Below are positions 17,330 to 18,292 of a stretch of DNA of 18,292 bases, one piece after another. Position 1 is the first letter of the stretch. Each line of letters starts with the position of its first letter. The notes beneath the pieces are model-generated. The model ran no database searches and was not told where the DNA came from. It saw only the letters and a list, made by a program, of their open reading frames with translations. Made by a program: the position numbers and the translations under genes. Source of the stretch: Prevotella sp. (lineage in GTDB: Bacteria > Bacteroidota > Bacteroidia > Bacteroidales > Dysgonomonadaceae); NCBI GenBank assembly GCA_031285625.1, contig JAITVV010000079.1:1-18292 (forward strand). The letters are read 5' to 3'.

Positions 17330-18133
17330 ATGAAAAAGATAAGTACAATTTTACTGATTCTGATTTTTGCGATAGCAGGACACAGCCAAAACGCGGATTA
17401 TCCCGGAAATTATGCCAAAGCACCGCGTTTTAAGGCATTAGTATATTATTCTACACATGCTGAAGAAGCACATGTGGATTTTGCCAAACAAGGTGTTGAA
17501 TTTTTTAAGAGGCTGAATTATGGAGATGGCTTTTATCTGGATATAACTACAGACCTTTCAGGATATACATATAATAAACTAAAAGAATACGACATATTGG
17601 TAATGTTGAACGATGCTCCATCTGGGAAAGAACAGCGTGAAGCTTTCCGGCAATATATGGAGAATGGAGGTGGCTGGATGGGATTCCATGCTGCAGCTTA
17701 TAATGACAAGAATACAAATTGGCCGTGGTTCCTTGATTTTCTTGGAGGTGGTGTTTTCTATTGTAATAACTGGCCGCCACAACCTGTAAAGCTTGATATA
17801 GACAATGCGAATCACTCTGTGACTAAAAACCTGCCTGCATCTTTCATTGCTCCTGAAAGCGAATGGTATCAATGGAATCCAAGCCCAAGGGAGAATAAGG
17901 ATGTAGAAGTACTGGTTACTCTGTCACAGGATAATTACCCGTTTGGGATTAAAGATGTTGTAAGCTGGGGTGATTTTCCCATTGTATGGACAAATAAAAA
18001 ATACAGGATGATTTATCTGAATATGGGACATGGAGATGACGAATTCACAGATGCAACACAGAAGCTTCTGTTTATCAATGCTTTCAGATGGGTGCTGAGT
18101 CAGAATAAAAAAGAGAATCCGTTCAACAGATAA
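17330..18133 (+). CDS. Second ThuA-domain protein, Sec signal peptide
   Basis: Start moved to ATG 17330 (MKKISTILLILIFAIAGHSQ), 4 nt after the upstream stop. YMENGGGWMGFHAA, HSVTKNLP, SEWYQW, GDFPIVWTN, YLNMGH. Confidence 0.88.
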   Translation: MKKISTILLILIFAIAGHSQNADYPGNYAKAPRFKALVYYSTHAEEAHVDFAKQGVEFFKRLNYGDGFYLDITTDLSGYTYNKLKEYDILVMLNDAPSGKEQREAFRQYMENGGGWMGFHAAAYNDKNTNWPWFLDFLGGGVFYCNNWPPQPVKLDIDNANHSVTKNLPASFIAPESEWYQWNPSPRENKDVEVLVTLSQDNYPFGIKDVVSWGDFPIVWTNKKYRMIYLNMGHGDDEFTDATQKLLFINAFRWVLSQNKKENPFNR

Positions 18134-18159
18134 AATTGTCTTATTTTTCACATTATTCA

Positions 18160-18220
18160 TCAAACAATATTCAATAACCATGAAAAAACTGGTACCCATA
18201 TTACTTTCAGGGATGCTGTG
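18160..18220 (+). repeat. Right copy of the 61-bp imperfect direct repeat
   Basis: TCAAACAATATTCAATAACCATGAAAAAACTGGTACCCATATTACTTTCAGGGATGCTGTG; 4 substitutions against 2052-2112. Confidence 0.95.
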
Positions 18221-18292
18221 CTTACTGTATTCCTGCGCGGGCACTACCCCGCCAACCGAAAAACCGTATAACAGGGGGATTAACATAACCCC
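18180..18292 (+). CDS. 5' start of a lipoprotein gene, probably a GH20-type beta-N-acetylhexosaminidase (runs off the window)
   Basis: MKKLVPILLSGMLCLLYSCAGTTPPTEKPYNRGINIT(P): lipobox LYSC, and INITP resembles the 'INIIPxP' start of GH20 N-terminal domains. Only 37 codons are visible; not in the ORF track. Confidence 0.55.
   Translation, partial: MKKLVPILLSGMLCLLYSCAGTTPPTEKPYNRGINIT

Overview
Bacteroidales-type DNA with all real genes on the + strand. The window opens in the right end of a probable IS4-family element (1-116) that has interrupted a GH35 beta-galactosidase gene, followed by an intact GH109-type glycosidase. A complete ~15.3 kb polysaccharide utilization locus (PUL) follows: ECF sigma / FecR anti-sigma / STN-SusC / SusD / surface lipoprotein / ROK kinase / divergent NagB-like deaminase / FucP-type MFS / GH9 / two ThuA-domain proteins. 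It ends in the start of a lipoprotein gene (probably GH20-like) not listed in the ORF track. Two things stand out. (i) The PUL is bracketed by a 61-bp, 57/61-identical direct repeat of that last gene's 5' end (2052-2112 vs 18160-18220), with the left copy truncated. (ii) The catabolic module lacks a NagA deacetylase and its kinase and deaminase carry non-canonical motifs, suggesting a PUL for glucosamine-type or an unusual amino-sugar glycan. Family calls are from motif recognition only; no searches were run.
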